64,000 nucleotides of DNA, from assembly GCA_963705595.1 (NCBI GenBank), contig CAVPKD010000004.1, positions 67,111 through 131,110 on the forward strand, written 5' to 3'. Numbering within the stretch: position 1 is the first letter of the stretch; every line of letters begins with the position of its first letter. This document shows, one piece after another, positions 40,856 through 51,464 of the stretch. This stretch comes from Nitrospirota bacterium (GTDB lineage: Bacteria; Nitrospirota; UBA9217). Both the position numbers and the translations under genes were made by a program. A model generated the notes under the pieces. That model did no database searches, was not told the origin of the DNA, and saw only the letters and a program-made list of their open reading frames with translations.

Positions 40856-42796
40856 ATGAAATACTTTAAAAAAGGCATGCTGCCCCGCTTATCTTTATTT
40901 TTCATCTTCGTCGTTGCGTGCTTCTTAACCATGACGAAAAGCTTTGATACGCCGGTTATTTTATCGGAAAAAGGCGCTACTTGGATATATATTAATAGGC
41001 CCTTTAATGTATCAGCACAATTCACGGGCGAGCGCATATCATACAGGACGCATTTCTTTGTGGATCATGTGCCTTCACCGGCAATAATGAGCATTCGTGC
41101 ATTACGGATCTCGGAAGTATATATCGATGGTCAGCCAATCCCACCAATCAAATCGGATCTTTTGCGATGGAAGGGGACTCAGGTAGTAAATCTGAGCGGA
41201 TTTCTCTCCCCAGGTATGCATGAAGTTATGATCAGAGTTTTTAATGAGAATGGGCCGGCAGCTCTTCTCGCCTCATGCGAGGCTCTCAATCTCTTAAGCG
41301 GTCCGTCATGGGAAGTAAGCCAGAATGAGCTCTCGTGGACTCAAGCCGTGCCTGCTGATAAGAAAAAAGATGCTTCACTTGCAGAACATTTTTCAAGTAC
41401 GGACGAGGCTCTTGTTGCCCTTTTCCCGATTTACCTTCCTCTCTTTCTTATTGTCTTTTCTTTAACATTATTAACCATAACGCCATGGTACATGAAACAC
41501 ACTCTGATTAGGAGATTCGTACCTAACGCATCCGGTTGGCGATGGATGGTTCTCGTAGCGTGGGCGATCCTTGCGATTAACAATATCCTAAAAGTCCCTC
41601 CTTATGTTGGCATGGACGTTGTTTATCATATTGAATACATTGACTATATTTTCACTAAACATCAGCTTCCTTTCTCAAATGAAGGTTTGCAAATGTTTCA
41701 GTCTCCATTGTATTACATAATCTCTGCATTCTTGTATGTTCCTTTATCACATCTTTTCGACTCATCAACATCCAGCCTACTGTTACGGATAATTCCTTTG
41801 CTTTGCGGAATCCTGCAGGTTGAAATTGGCTACCGTGCTGCACGATATGTTTTTCCGCAAAGACAAGACTTGCAAGTATGGGGGACAATCATCGCAGGGC
41901 TACTCCCAATGAACCTATACATGTCACAGGTGGTCGGGAATGAGCCATTAGCCGGTCTTTTTTCCGCATGTGCGGTCGTAATAGGATTTCACATACTTAC
42001 TGCCGAAACCGGAGTCATACCGGAAAAATCTTTTATTTTGTTGGGTACAGCATTGGGTCTTTCTCTCTTAACGAAAGTAACAGCCATATTGCTAATCCCT
42101 CTATCTACCATACTGATGATATATGCCATGCATGAAAGGCAATATTCACGTAAATATATAATTACCATGATGATATTCGTCAGTGGGATTATTGTTGCTA
42201 TTGCTGGTTGGTATTACATACGGAATTGGATAGAACTTGGCAGACCTTTTGTCGGGAGTTGGGAGTATACTACTTGGTGGCAGGATCCGGGATTCAGGAC
42301 GATCTCCGATTTTTTCTCCTTTGGTCGCTCGTTGTCTGCCCCTATATACTCGGCAGTGCATGGTTTTTGGGACTCTCTATATTCCACACTCTGGTTGGAT
42401 GGAAGCCTTAGCGGCATTGTTGTATATGGACGGCAGCCCCCATGGAATTATGATTTCATGATCTCCGGAGCGCTGCTCTCTCTTGTGCCGACAGCCGGGT
42501 TTCTCATTGGCATTCTGGTAACGATTGTCAGTCTTGTCAATCAGCCGAAGCGACCGCAGATCTTTGCTGTCTGCTGTATAGGAGTTTATATTGCCGCTCT
42601 TCTTTATATGTACATCACTTTACCAATATATAGTACAGCAAAAGCGACTTACACCCTTGGTCTTATACCCTGCTTTATGATATTGTCAGTGACTGGCCTA
42701 GGCTTTCTATCAAAAAACAATCTGAGCCGCGCGATTATTAATGCATGTCTTGCTTGCTGGGCCGTGGCAGCCTACTGTTCATATTTCGTTCTATAA
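40856..42796 (+). CDS. GT-C-fold glycosyltransferase (PMT_2/ArnT-like, GT39/83-like) with an extra beta-rich domain after TM1
   Basis: 646 aa. GMDVVYHIEYIDYIFTKHQLPFSNEGLQMFQSPLYYIISAFLY. More than 10 TM helices. Residues ~30-170 are hydrophilic and beta-rich. Confidence 0.8.
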   Translation: MKYFKKGMLPRLSLFFIFVVACFLTMTKSFDTPVILSEKGATWIYINRPFNVSAQFTGERISYRTHFFVDHVPSPAIMSIRALRISEVYIDGQPIPPIKSDLLRWKGTQVVNLSGFLSPGMHEVMIRVFNENGPAALLASCEALNLLSGPSWEVSQNELSWTQAVPADKKKDASLAEHFSSTDEALVALFPIYLPLFLIVFSLTLLTITPWYMKHTLIRRFVPNASGWRWMVLVAWAILAINNILKVPPYVGMDVVYHIEYIDYIFTKHQLPFSNEGLQMFQSPLYYIISAFLYVPLSHLFDSSTSSLLLRIIPLLCGILQVEIGYRAARYVFPQRQDLQVWGTIIAGLLPMNLYMSQVVGNEPLAGLFSACAVVIGFHILTAETGVIPEKSFILLGTALGLSLLTKVTAILLIPLSTILMIYAMHERQYSRKYIITMMIFVSGIIVAIAGWYYIRNWIELGRPFVGSWEYTTWWQDPGFRTISDFFSFGRSLSAPIYSAVHGFWDSLYSTLWLDGSLSGIVVYGRQPPWNYDFMISGALLSLVPTAGFLIGILVTIVSLVNQPKRPQIFAVCCIGVYIAALLYMYITLPIYSTAKATYTLGLIPCFMILSVTGLGFLSKNNLSRAIINACLACWAVAAYCSYFVL

Positions 42797-43083
42797 TGAT
42801 TTCCTGCTATCGAAAATCAGAGGAGAAGAAGTCAGTCATGAACACCATGTTTAGGATTAGCCGGGACTTCGAAGAAATAAAAAAAAGCTAACCTCAGCAG
42901 AATAACTTATTAACTTCATTCAGTGCATATTTCAACCCGGTAATCTGCAGAATATTCGTTGGATCGCCGATGCATAGTTGTAAGTCGCATTTTCTCAACT
43001 TTTAAAATCGTCCAGATTCCCCTGAGGTTAGTTAAATTCTGAACCATCCTCATGTCTGTTATAATATCTTTTCTTTCTTTCAT

Positions 43084-43310
43084 AAAAAACATTTTACATA
43101 TCTATCGGAAATCGTTATAATATTTCATCGGTTTAAATAAATTTCAATTTATCTGGGAATTTTTCAGGTTTATTTCACTTGATGTACAAATAAATTCAAC
43201 TATCATTGCGAAATAGATACACAACTCATTGATGATTAAAGAATAAAAATTTCATTTTCTGTGCTAACAGACAGCGTCTGTTGCGCGAATTTTATGGTTG
43301 AAATTTTCAT
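43084..43310 (+). repeat. Junction repeat J3
   Basis: Hand-aligned to 39921-40150. The 5' ~130 nt is well conserved and the remainder more diverged (GCTAACAGACAGCGTCTGTTGCGCGAATTTTATGGTTGAAATTTTC). Confidence 0.55.
43093..43121 (+). promoter_or_regulatory. Near-consensus sigma70 promoter inside J3
   Basis: TTTACA (43093-43098), 17 nt, TATAAT (43116-43121). Confidence 0.4.
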
Positions 43311-43718
43311 TGTGGGCCCTTGTAACTCATTAATAATTAAGCCGCTTCCGGGTTGAGTATGGAATGCCACCATAGGTAGAGTAAGCATATTACGACATAA
43401 GGTTATGTAACCAACTGATGTTTCTGGCATTTTCCTCTCAAAAGCCCGGGCTTATGCTCTGTTTCTAGTGCTATATTTTGGGGCTACCCACACTTATTCC
43501 GGAAGGACCATAATTAAGAACCTTGAGTTTCATGAGATATGCGAACGGACAGCATCATTGGGTGTAAAGTAAAGAGGGTGGAATATTTATAATCTTTTTG
43601 ATTTTTATTGTCGCTGATTAATTATGATTAAAGCGGATTTAATTCTATGTTGATCCGTGTTCCATGATGGTTTTCTAGCTGTCATAGTGTCTAAATGGTT
43701 AAAAGTCAGGTGAACTGA

Positions 43719-44525
43719 ATGAGAATCGCCGGCATACAGATAAGCGCTGGTCCGGATATAGAACGGAACATCCAGCGCGCCGTAGAGAAGGCTGCGGTGG
43801 CTGCTGAAAAGGACGCCAGGATCATCTGCTATCCAGAGCTATTCCTCACACCTTGGTTTCTGAAGGAAGAACAGAAATCCAATCTCTCCATGGCGATTGA
43901 CGCAACCACTGAAGCACTACGTCGCTTCAAGCAGCTCTCGGAAGACACAGAGACCGTTCTCATCATCCCGTTCTTCGAATCCGCAAACGGAAAGTACTAT
44001 AACAGCGCCGCCGTAATGGACAGCGGGAAACTGCTCGGCGTTTACCGCAAGATACATCTTCCCGATCTGCACCTCTACCGGGAGCGGTTCTATTTTTCGC
44101 CCGGCGATGCCGGCATCCCCGTGTTCGAAACATCGCAGGGGAAGATTGGTGTTCAGATCTGCTGGGACAATCTGTTTCCCGAGGGCACGCGCGTTTTGGC
44201 GCTTAAAGGCGCCGAGATCGTGTTCGCGCCCACAGCTGCCGCGCTCAACACCCACAGCTTGTGGGAACGTGCCATCTCAGCCAATGCTTTTGCCAATAAC
44301 ATCTTCATCTTCCGAGTGAATCGTGTAGGCCAGGAGGAGGGGATCTCCTTCTACGGCCGAAGCTTTTGCGTCGGTCCCTGGGGAGACATGGTCTCTGAGC
44401 TTGCCGGTGGAAAAGAGGCCATTGTTCTCGCGGACATCGATCCCAAAGAGCGCAACACGGCATCCGAGACCTGGGGATTTCTCAAGCATAGAAAACCAGA
44501 GGAGTATGGAGATTTGGTTAAATAG
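43719..44525 (+). CDS. Carbon-nitrogen hydrolase (nitrilase superfamily)
   Basis: Catalytic triad context CYPELF (E), YRKIHLP (K), QICWDNLFPE (C). 268 aa. Confidence 0.85.
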   Translation: MRIAGIQISAGPDIERNIQRAVEKAAVAAEKDARIICYPELFLTPWFLKEEQKSNLSMAIDATTEALRRFKQLSEDTETVLIIPFFESANGKYYNSAAVMDSGKLLGVYRKIHLPDLHLYRERFYFSPGDAGIPVFETSQGKIGVQICWDNLFPEGTRVLALKGAEIVFAPTAAALNTHSLWERAISANAFANNIFIFRVNRVGQEEGISFYGRSFCVGPWGDMVSELAGGKEAIVLADIDPKERNTASETWGFLKHRKPEEYGDLVK

Positions 44526-44779
44526 GCCCTCGCGAAAGTGCCGGACCGTTCCTTTGGATACGTAATAAAAGGGCCGGCAAGTTTTGCGCTGAGAGGAGAT
44601 GATGTGAAATGCGAGTTTTTGACCTATGATGACCTGCGCAGAAGTGCTCATGTTATCAAATACTTGTTCTTGACACATTACCAAGATTACATTCAATTGA
44701 CTTCCTTTTCCAGCTGTTCTCCCTGACAACCCCGCCTGCTATAATAAAACCATAGGCGTTTTTGTTCGAGGTGATCTGA

Positions 44780-45808
44780 ATGAAGGCCATGGTGCTGAAA
44801 AGTATTACCAACCTTCCTGAAACGAGATTACCCTTAGAACTGGCCGATCTGCCAATGCCAATTCCTCAAGAGCATGATATCCTGGTGAAGGTATCGGCCT
44901 GCGGCGTGTGCCATACGGAGTTGGACGAGATCGAAGGGAGGACGCCCCCGTTGAAGTTCCCGATCGTTCTCGGGCACCAGGTCATCGGTTACGTTGAAAA
45001 AGCCGGGAGCAGAGCAGGCAGGTTCAAGATCGGAGAGAGGGTAGGTATTGCCTGGATTTATTCAGCCTGCGGGAAGTGCACATTCTGTCGAAACGGAATG
45101 GAGAATCTCTGCGACGATTTTAAGGCCACGGGAAGGGACGTCGACGGGGGATACGCGGAATATACCGCTGTCTCTGAAAATTTTGCCTATCCGATCCCGG
45201 AGATCTTTTCTGACTCTGAAGCAGCGCCGCTCCTATGTGCCGGCGCCGTCGGCTACCGATCTCTGAGGCTCGCCGGTATCGTGGACGGGGACAGGATCGG
45301 ACTCACTGGTTTCGGCGCATCAGGCCACCTGGTGCTCAAAATGGCGCGGTATCAATACCCGAGAGCGAAGATCTTCGTTTTTTCCCGGACGGAGGTAGAG
45401 CGGCGCTTCTCGAAAGAGCTCGGTGCTGTCTGGGCAGGCGGGATAGAAGAGAGGGCACCGGAGAAGCTGCACGCCGTAATCGACACCACTCCTGCATGGA
45501 AACCGCTTGTCGAGGCCCTGAGAAACCTTGAGAAGGGAGGGCGGCTCGTGATCAATGCGATTAGGAAGGAGGATAGCGACAAGGATTCTCTGCTCAGGCT
45601 CGATTATCCACGGGACCTCTGGAAGGAGAAAGAAATCAAGAGTGTTGCGAACGTAACGCGACGTGATGTCGAAGAGTTTTTGCGGCTGGCGGCGGCGATC
45701 CCGATCAGACCTGAAATTGAGGAGTACCAGCTCGAAGAGGCAAATCTAGCGCTCCTTGAGCTGAAAGAACGGAAAATCCGCGGGGCAAAGGTGTTGAGAA
45801 CGGGATGA
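44780..45808 (+). CDS. Zinc-dependent alcohol dehydrogenase family protein
   Basis: GVCHTELDEIEG, structural-zinc CGKCTFCRNGMENLC, and GFGASGHL Rossmann motif. 342 aa. Confidence 0.85.
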   Translation: MKAMVLKSITNLPETRLPLELADLPMPIPQEHDILVKVSACGVCHTELDEIEGRTPPLKFPIVLGHQVIGYVEKAGSRAGRFKIGERVGIAWIYSACGKCTFCRNGMENLCDDFKATGRDVDGGYAEYTAVSENFAYPIPEIFSDSEAAPLLCAGAVGYRSLRLAGIVDGDRIGLTGFGASGHLVLKMARYQYPRAKIFVFSRTEVERRFSKELGAVWAGGIEERAPEKLHAVIDTTPAWKPLVEALRNLEKGGRLVINAIRKEDSDKDSLLRLDYPRDLWKEKEIKSVANVTRRDVEEFLRLAAAIPIRPEIEEYQLEEANLALLELKERKIRGAKVLRTG

Positions 45809-45817
45809 ATTCCCGAG

Positions 45818-47108
45818 CTATTCTGTTCTCACCATCTCCGCCACACATTCGATGTGATACGTATACGGGAACATATCCACCGGCTGGAGCCTTGTGAGAC
45901 GCAAGCCGAAGAGGTTGAAAAATTTCAGATCCCGTGCGAGAGTGGTGGGGTTGCACGAAACGTAGATGATCTTCCGGGGGACAAAGGCGAGCACACGCTC
46001 CAGGATCTTGAGCGTGGCCCCGGCCCGCGGCGGGTCGAGCACAATGATGTCAGCGAGTGCTTTCCTCTGGAGCAGCGTCTTTAACCCCTTCTGCATGTCG
46101 TCGGCGATGAATTCCGCATTCCTTATGCTGTTCAGTTCCGCATTTTTTTTTGCATCTTCGATCGCTGAATACCCCGACTCGATACCGATCACGGTCTTTG
46201 TCTTTTTGGCGAGGGGCAGCGAGAAGTTACCGATCCCGCAATAAAGGTCAAGGACGGTCTCGTTTCCCTTCAACCCGGAGAAATCGATGACCGTACGGAC
46301 CATGTTCCTATTCTGTTCCCAGTTCACCTGATAAAAATTCCCCTCCGTGGCGCGAAGCGTCAGGCCGTCAATATCCAGCGTTAGATAGTTTTTACCGAGC
46401 ACCACCGTTCTTTTCCTGCGTGCGAAACCGGAGATCCCGATCACTTCGGGCGCCTTATTCCGGAGGTCGTTCCAGAGCGAATCCAGAGGAGAATAGGATT
46501 CCATCTCGGTAAAAAAAAGGACATGGGCCTCTCCTGCCGGTGTTACGTTGATGTGTATCTCTTTAAGCAGCGGCAGGCGGTCCGCCATGCTCCGAATGGC
46601 CTTCAGTACCTTGTCGATGAGCGGGTGGATGAGGAAGGCACTCTCTACCTCGATGAGTTCGTGGGATCCCTGCCGGAAGAAGCCGATCTTTTGTTTCCCC
46701 TGCACGTTCCGCACGGTAAACTGTGTGCGCAAGCGGTAGTGGTCCGAGCGAGACGATGGTTTGATCGGAAGGAGTTGCTTTGGTTCCATCCCCCCGATTC
46801 TTTTAAGGCTGTCGAGGAGAATTTCCTGCTTGTAGGTAAGCTGGGCCGGATAGGCTATGAAGCGGCCAGGTGGCGCCGGTGCACTGATTCTCGCCTTCAC
46901 AGGGAGGTGCAATCCGGTGCTGAGAGGGAGTTATGATGTCGACAAGATCGGCTTCGAGAAAGCCTTTTCTTCTTTTTTTTACATCAATGATGACGCGCTC
47001 ACCGGGAAGCACGCCCGGAACGAAGACGGCCTGGCCTGAGTCGAGCCTCGCGAGGCCCTCCCCGCCGTAGACGAGCTTCTCGATCACGACATCCGCACGC
47101 TCGCTCAT
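45818..47108 (-). pseudogene. TRAM-domain class I SAM-dependent RNA (uracil-5)-methyltransferase (RlmD/RumA-like) with one +1 frameshift near 46890
   Basis: N-terminal TRAM (VVIEKLVYGGEGLARL...GERVII) in ORF 46803..47180. MTase (LDLYCGIGNFSLPLA, DPPRAG, YVSCNPTTLARD) in ORF 45818..46912. ATGA overlap with the upstream RR gene. Confidence 0.8.
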
Positions 47109-47455
47109 CCGAGGATCTTCTTTACGGTCTCGCGGAGCAGGGAGGTGTCGGCGGATTTCACCACGTACGCGTCGGAACACCAGCTTCCGAAGTCGTGCTT
47201 GTATTCCTCATAGGCCGTGCAGATGATGACCGGCAGCGTGCTGTTCTTTTCCTTCATCTTGCGGAGGGTCTCAATGCCGTCTATGTCCGGCATGCGCATG
47301 TCCAGTGTGACGAGATCGAACTTCTTCGTGTCCAGCGCCGCAAGCGCCTGGATACCGTCGGCAACCGTCGTCACCTCGTAGCCCATTTCCTCGAACTCTT
47401 CCTTGTAGAGCTGTCGGATATTTTCTTCATCGTCGACAACCAGGATCTTCTTCAT
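47105..47455 (-). CDS. Stand-alone CheY-like response regulator (receiver only)
   Basis: MKKILVVDDEENIRQLY...DLVTLDMRMPDIDG...ICTAY. AGGAGG RBS. Intact. Confidence 0.85.
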   Translation of the reverse strand: MKKILVVDDEENIRQLYKEEFEEMGYEVTTVADGIQALAALDTKKFDLVTLDMRMPDIDGIETLRKMKEKNSTLPVIICTAYEEYKHDFGSWCSDAYVVKSADTSLLRETVKKILG

Positions 47456-47517
47456 TGCCAGCCTCCTTGAGATGCGAGTGCCATTCTAAACGCATGGCCT
47501 GTTGTCAGCCTTTTTTG

Positions 47518-49912
47518 TTATGTGCGTTCCCGCAAGGGAAGTTTGATCGTAAAAACCGCACCGCCAGTCTCCTTGTTCCGTATCTCTATCATGCCGTTGT
47601 GGGCCTTGACGATCCTGTTCGTGATCGGCAGTCCCAGCCCGGTGCCACGCGGCTTGGTGGTGTAGTAGGGGTTGAAGATATTGTGCATGGTCTTGGCAGA
47701 GATGCCGGGACCGGTGTCGCCGATCTCGATCGCAGCCTCCTGCGTATCGGGGAGGGGATAGGTCCTGATGGAGAGCGACCCCGCCGTTTTCCATGGCTTC
47801 CATGGCATTTTTGATGATGTTGATCATTGCCTGCTTGATTTGCTGCGCATCGATCATAAGGCGCGGAAATGAAGGTGAAAGGCTGCTCTCGAGACGGATG
47901 TTCCTCTGTTCAATCTCATCCTCATAGAGTGTAAGGATCTCCTGTACCACACTGTTGAGGTCCGCCTCGGAGAACTGCGGGGCGACCTCCTTGATGTAGA
48001 AGAGGTTGTCGTGGATGATCCCTTCGAGGCGGGTGACTTCGCTCAGGATGATGTCGATGTACTTTTTCTCTTCGCTGTTTTGAAGCTTCTTCGCGAGCCG
48101 TCTGGTGAAACCACCGATGGAGACGAGCGGGTTCCGGATCTCGTGGGTGATTTCGGCCATCATGGCACCGAGGGCGGCCATCTTTTCGGACTGGACGAGT
48201 TGCTCGTGCATGAGCGCGCATGTCCTTGTTCATGGTTTCGAGGTTGGTGTGGATGATGGCGTTCTCGATCGCGAGCGCGGCCTGATGGGCGAACATGGTG
48301 AGGAATCGGATGTCGCGGTCGGTGATCGGCCGCTGGTTGAACATGTTGTCCACGAGGATGACGCCGATGACCCGGTCCTTTGCAACGAGCGGGACCGTTG
48401 CGAAGCTGTTCGACCTTGAGCGCTTCCCGGAGTTCCCGGGGCACAATGGGGTCTGGAAGCGGCATCGGTGATATTGTACGGTCTTTTGTTCAGCGACCGT
48501 GAGGGCCAGCACGTTCCCATTCGGTTCAAGGGGCACCCGGATGCTTCGTGCCAGCGTATTGAGCGACGAGTCCCGGTGCTCGAAGAGCTCGCCGGTCTGG
48601 ATCCATTCCATGAGGCTCTTGTGCTTACTCGAGACTTCGCTCCAGGCCCGGCCCGCCTCTTCCCAGCTCGTCGGGCCGACGCCCATCATGCCCTGGAGCA
48701 TGTTCGTACGCTCGTTCGTCAGGAGCAGGATGGCCCGGTTGAAGCCGAGACCGCTCGCCGCCCATGGTGGCCGCCGTCAGGATGATCCTGAGCAGGCGGT
48801 CGAGGTTCAGGGTCGTGCTCATGGCCGTGCCGATGTCGTAGAGGATGGAGAGCTCCTGCGCCCTCGTCCCGCGCTTCGATTCGCCAGGTCCTCCATGCGC
48901 TCGTACATGGCGGCATTCTCGACCGCCACCGCGGCGCCGCTGGCGACGGTGGTCAGGAACTGGAGGTCGTCCTCGGTGAAGGGCTGTCCCTCCTGCTTGT
49001 TGTAGAGCGTGATGACGCCGATCACCTTGTCGCGGAAGATGAGCGGGACGCTGATGATGGATCCCGCGGCGACCCTGGAGCTATCCCGGAGAGATCAGGG
49101 TCTCTCGTAATGTCCTGGATGAGGAGAGCGCGTTTTTCCTGCACGACCTCGTTCCACAACGAGATCCGCCAAGCCGGGCATCCATGTCCGCAATGATGTC
49201 GCCAACGAGGCTGTAGGATGAGAAGGTTTTATCTGTTCCGATCTCGGGCAGGTTCATGAGCCGGATGGTGCAGCCCTGGGCGCGGAGGGACTGTGTGCTG
49301 TTCCTGGCGATGAGCGAGAGGAGCTGCTCGAGGTCGAGCGTGGAGGTGAGCGCCATGCCGATCTCGTAGATGGTGGCAGAGCTCGGCCAGGCGGTCCTGA
49401 ATGTCTCTGGAACAGTCTGGGCGCTTCTTGATGACCCCGCTGATCTGGTTGGCTGTGGTGGTGAGCAGCGTGATGTCGGACGATGTGGCGCTCCAGACCG
49501 ACGATGAGAGCACGAAGATCACGCCAAGACAATGGTCCTGGTCCATGATCGGCGCGGCCACGAGCGATTTGAAGTGCTCGATGCCTGATTCCGGAACGTA
49601 CTGGAACCGCGGGTCTGAATAGGGGTCTTCGAGCGCGAGCGGCACCTTCTGCTCGGCCACCCATCCGGCGATGCCCATGCCGAGGGGAAAACTCAGCTTG
49701 CCGATGGACTCCTGGTTCAGACCGATCGCCGCGCTGAGCGTCACGTTCTTTCCGGAGCGGTCGATGAGAAATACCGATGCGCCGTCCTTGCCCATGCCCC
49801 GCGCAACGACCTCGACGATGCGGCGGAGCTTCTCCGAAAGGTCGGTGTAGGAGTTCGATATCCGGCTGATCTCGCTCAGGATGCTCAGTTCTGTTTTTTC
49901 CGTCGTTTCCAT
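47518..49912 (-). pseudogene. Multi-GAF sensor histidine kinase (about 3 GAF domains, HisKA, HATPase_c) interrupted by at least 7 frameshifts
   Basis: Fragments 49229..49912, 49081..49356, 48819..49025, 48625..48822, 47922..48701, 47486..48211 (H-box EITHEIRNPL) and 47518..47808 (GTGLGLPI) concatenate into one protein. Confidence 0.8.
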
Positions 49913-50008
49913 AGTTGGATTCGGGTAGACGGTAGACGAGCATAGTCGGCAAACAGATAAGGGTCCGTCTTTTCCTGTGCCACTGTGCCTTCTGTTTGCC
50001 CCTGACCT

Positions 50009-51464
50009 CTATTTTTTCCTCATCGCCTTCCGGTACACCTTCACATATTCCTTGGCCGAGCTGTTCCCACGAAAAGTCCTGTTTCATGCCGGCCTGCATC
50101 AGGCGTTTCCATTTGTCGGGTATGGCGTAGACCTCAAGCGCCCGGCGCAGACAGTCGACGAGCGCTCCTGGCGAATAGTCATCGAACACGAAGCCCGGTG
50201 CCGCGTCCCGTTTTCGGATTATAGTTCACGACCGTGTCCGCGAGCCCGCCGGTCTTCCGGACGACCGGGACGGTGCCGTAGCGGAGCGCGATCATCTGGC
50301 CCAGACCGCAGGGCTCGTAGCGAGACGGCATCAGGAACATATCGCAGCCGGCGTAGATGCTCTTCGCGAGCGCATCGTCGTACCGGAGCAGTACGCGCAT
50401 CTGATCGGGATAGCGCGTCGCCGCATCGGTCAGAATGCGGTGATATTTCTCTTCGCCCGTGCCGAGGATGATCAGCTGCATGCCCATGGCCATGATCTCC
50501 GGAAGGGCCTCGGTCAGGATGTCCAGCCCCTTCTGGTCAGCAAGGCGCGTGACCATGCCGATCAAGCGGGACATCGGACCCGGGGAAAGGCCCGTGCGTT
50601 TCAGGAGCGCCTTTTTGCAGACGGCTTTACCTGCGAGCCTCGCGGCGCTGTAGGTCTTCGCAATGGAGGCGTCCTGTGCCGGGTCCCAGTCGGTATAGTC
50701 GATGCCGTTCACGATGCCGTAGAGGTCCGCAGACCGTTTTGCGAGCACGCCATCCAGACCGTGACCGTATTCAGGGGTCTGGATCTCACGGCTGTAGGTT
50801 TTGCTTACGGTCGTGATGATATCGGAATACACGAGGCCGGCCTTGAGAAAATTTATCTTGCCCCAGAACTCAATGCCCTCCGGCGTGAACACATCCCATC
50901 CGAGGCCGGTAAGACGCATGTCCCAGTGCCAGAAAGCACCCTGGTACCCGAGGTTATGCACGGTGAAGACCGTCTTGGTGCGTCCAAGCGGCGAGCTCCT
51001 CACGGTGCAGCAGTTTTCAGATAGAGCGGGACGAGGCCCGTTTGCCAGTCATTGCAGTGGATGATCTCGGGGCTGAAAGTCCAGGGCGCGGCAGAGCTCC
51101 AGGACGGCTCGCGAAAAAAAAATGAACCGCTCCGCGTTGTCGGGATAATCGGCCTGGGCGGTCCGGTAGAGCTCCGGCCGGTCGAAGTAGATGTCCTTGT
51201 TGATGAAATAGACCGTGACCTTCTTTCCCATCCTCCCTTCGAGGATGTCGCACCGCTCCTTCCATGACGCGAGCGGCACGGAGAAGGTCGCGACGTGCTT
51301 GAGACTTGAACTGTTTCCGCGTCCACCTGCCGGTATCGCGGCATGACTACGCGCACATCATGGCCGAGCGCGGCTAGGGCCGGGGGAAGGCTGCCGGCGA
51401 CGTCTGCGAGTCCTCCGGTCTTCGCAAAGGGAGCCGCCTCAGATGCCGCGAACAGGATCCTCAT
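50009..51464 (-). pseudogene. glgA: Glycogen synthase interrupted by about 5-6 frameshifts
   Basis: [22 protein letters not shown] (KTGGL), [12 protein letters not shown]-type motif, TVHNLGYQG, SRYEPCGL. C-terminus ...FSWEQ/SAKEYVKVYRKAMRKK* with TAG at 50009-50011. Confidence 0.85.

Noticed and set aside
49254-50189. 311-aa minus-strand ORF spanning the glgA/kinase junction
   Set aside because: It is chimeric. Its first ~50 aa are the true GlgA C-terminus (MFDDYSPGALVDCLRRALEVY...FSWEQ). A +1 indel then lets it run out of frame across the intergenic spacer and the kinase N-terminus.
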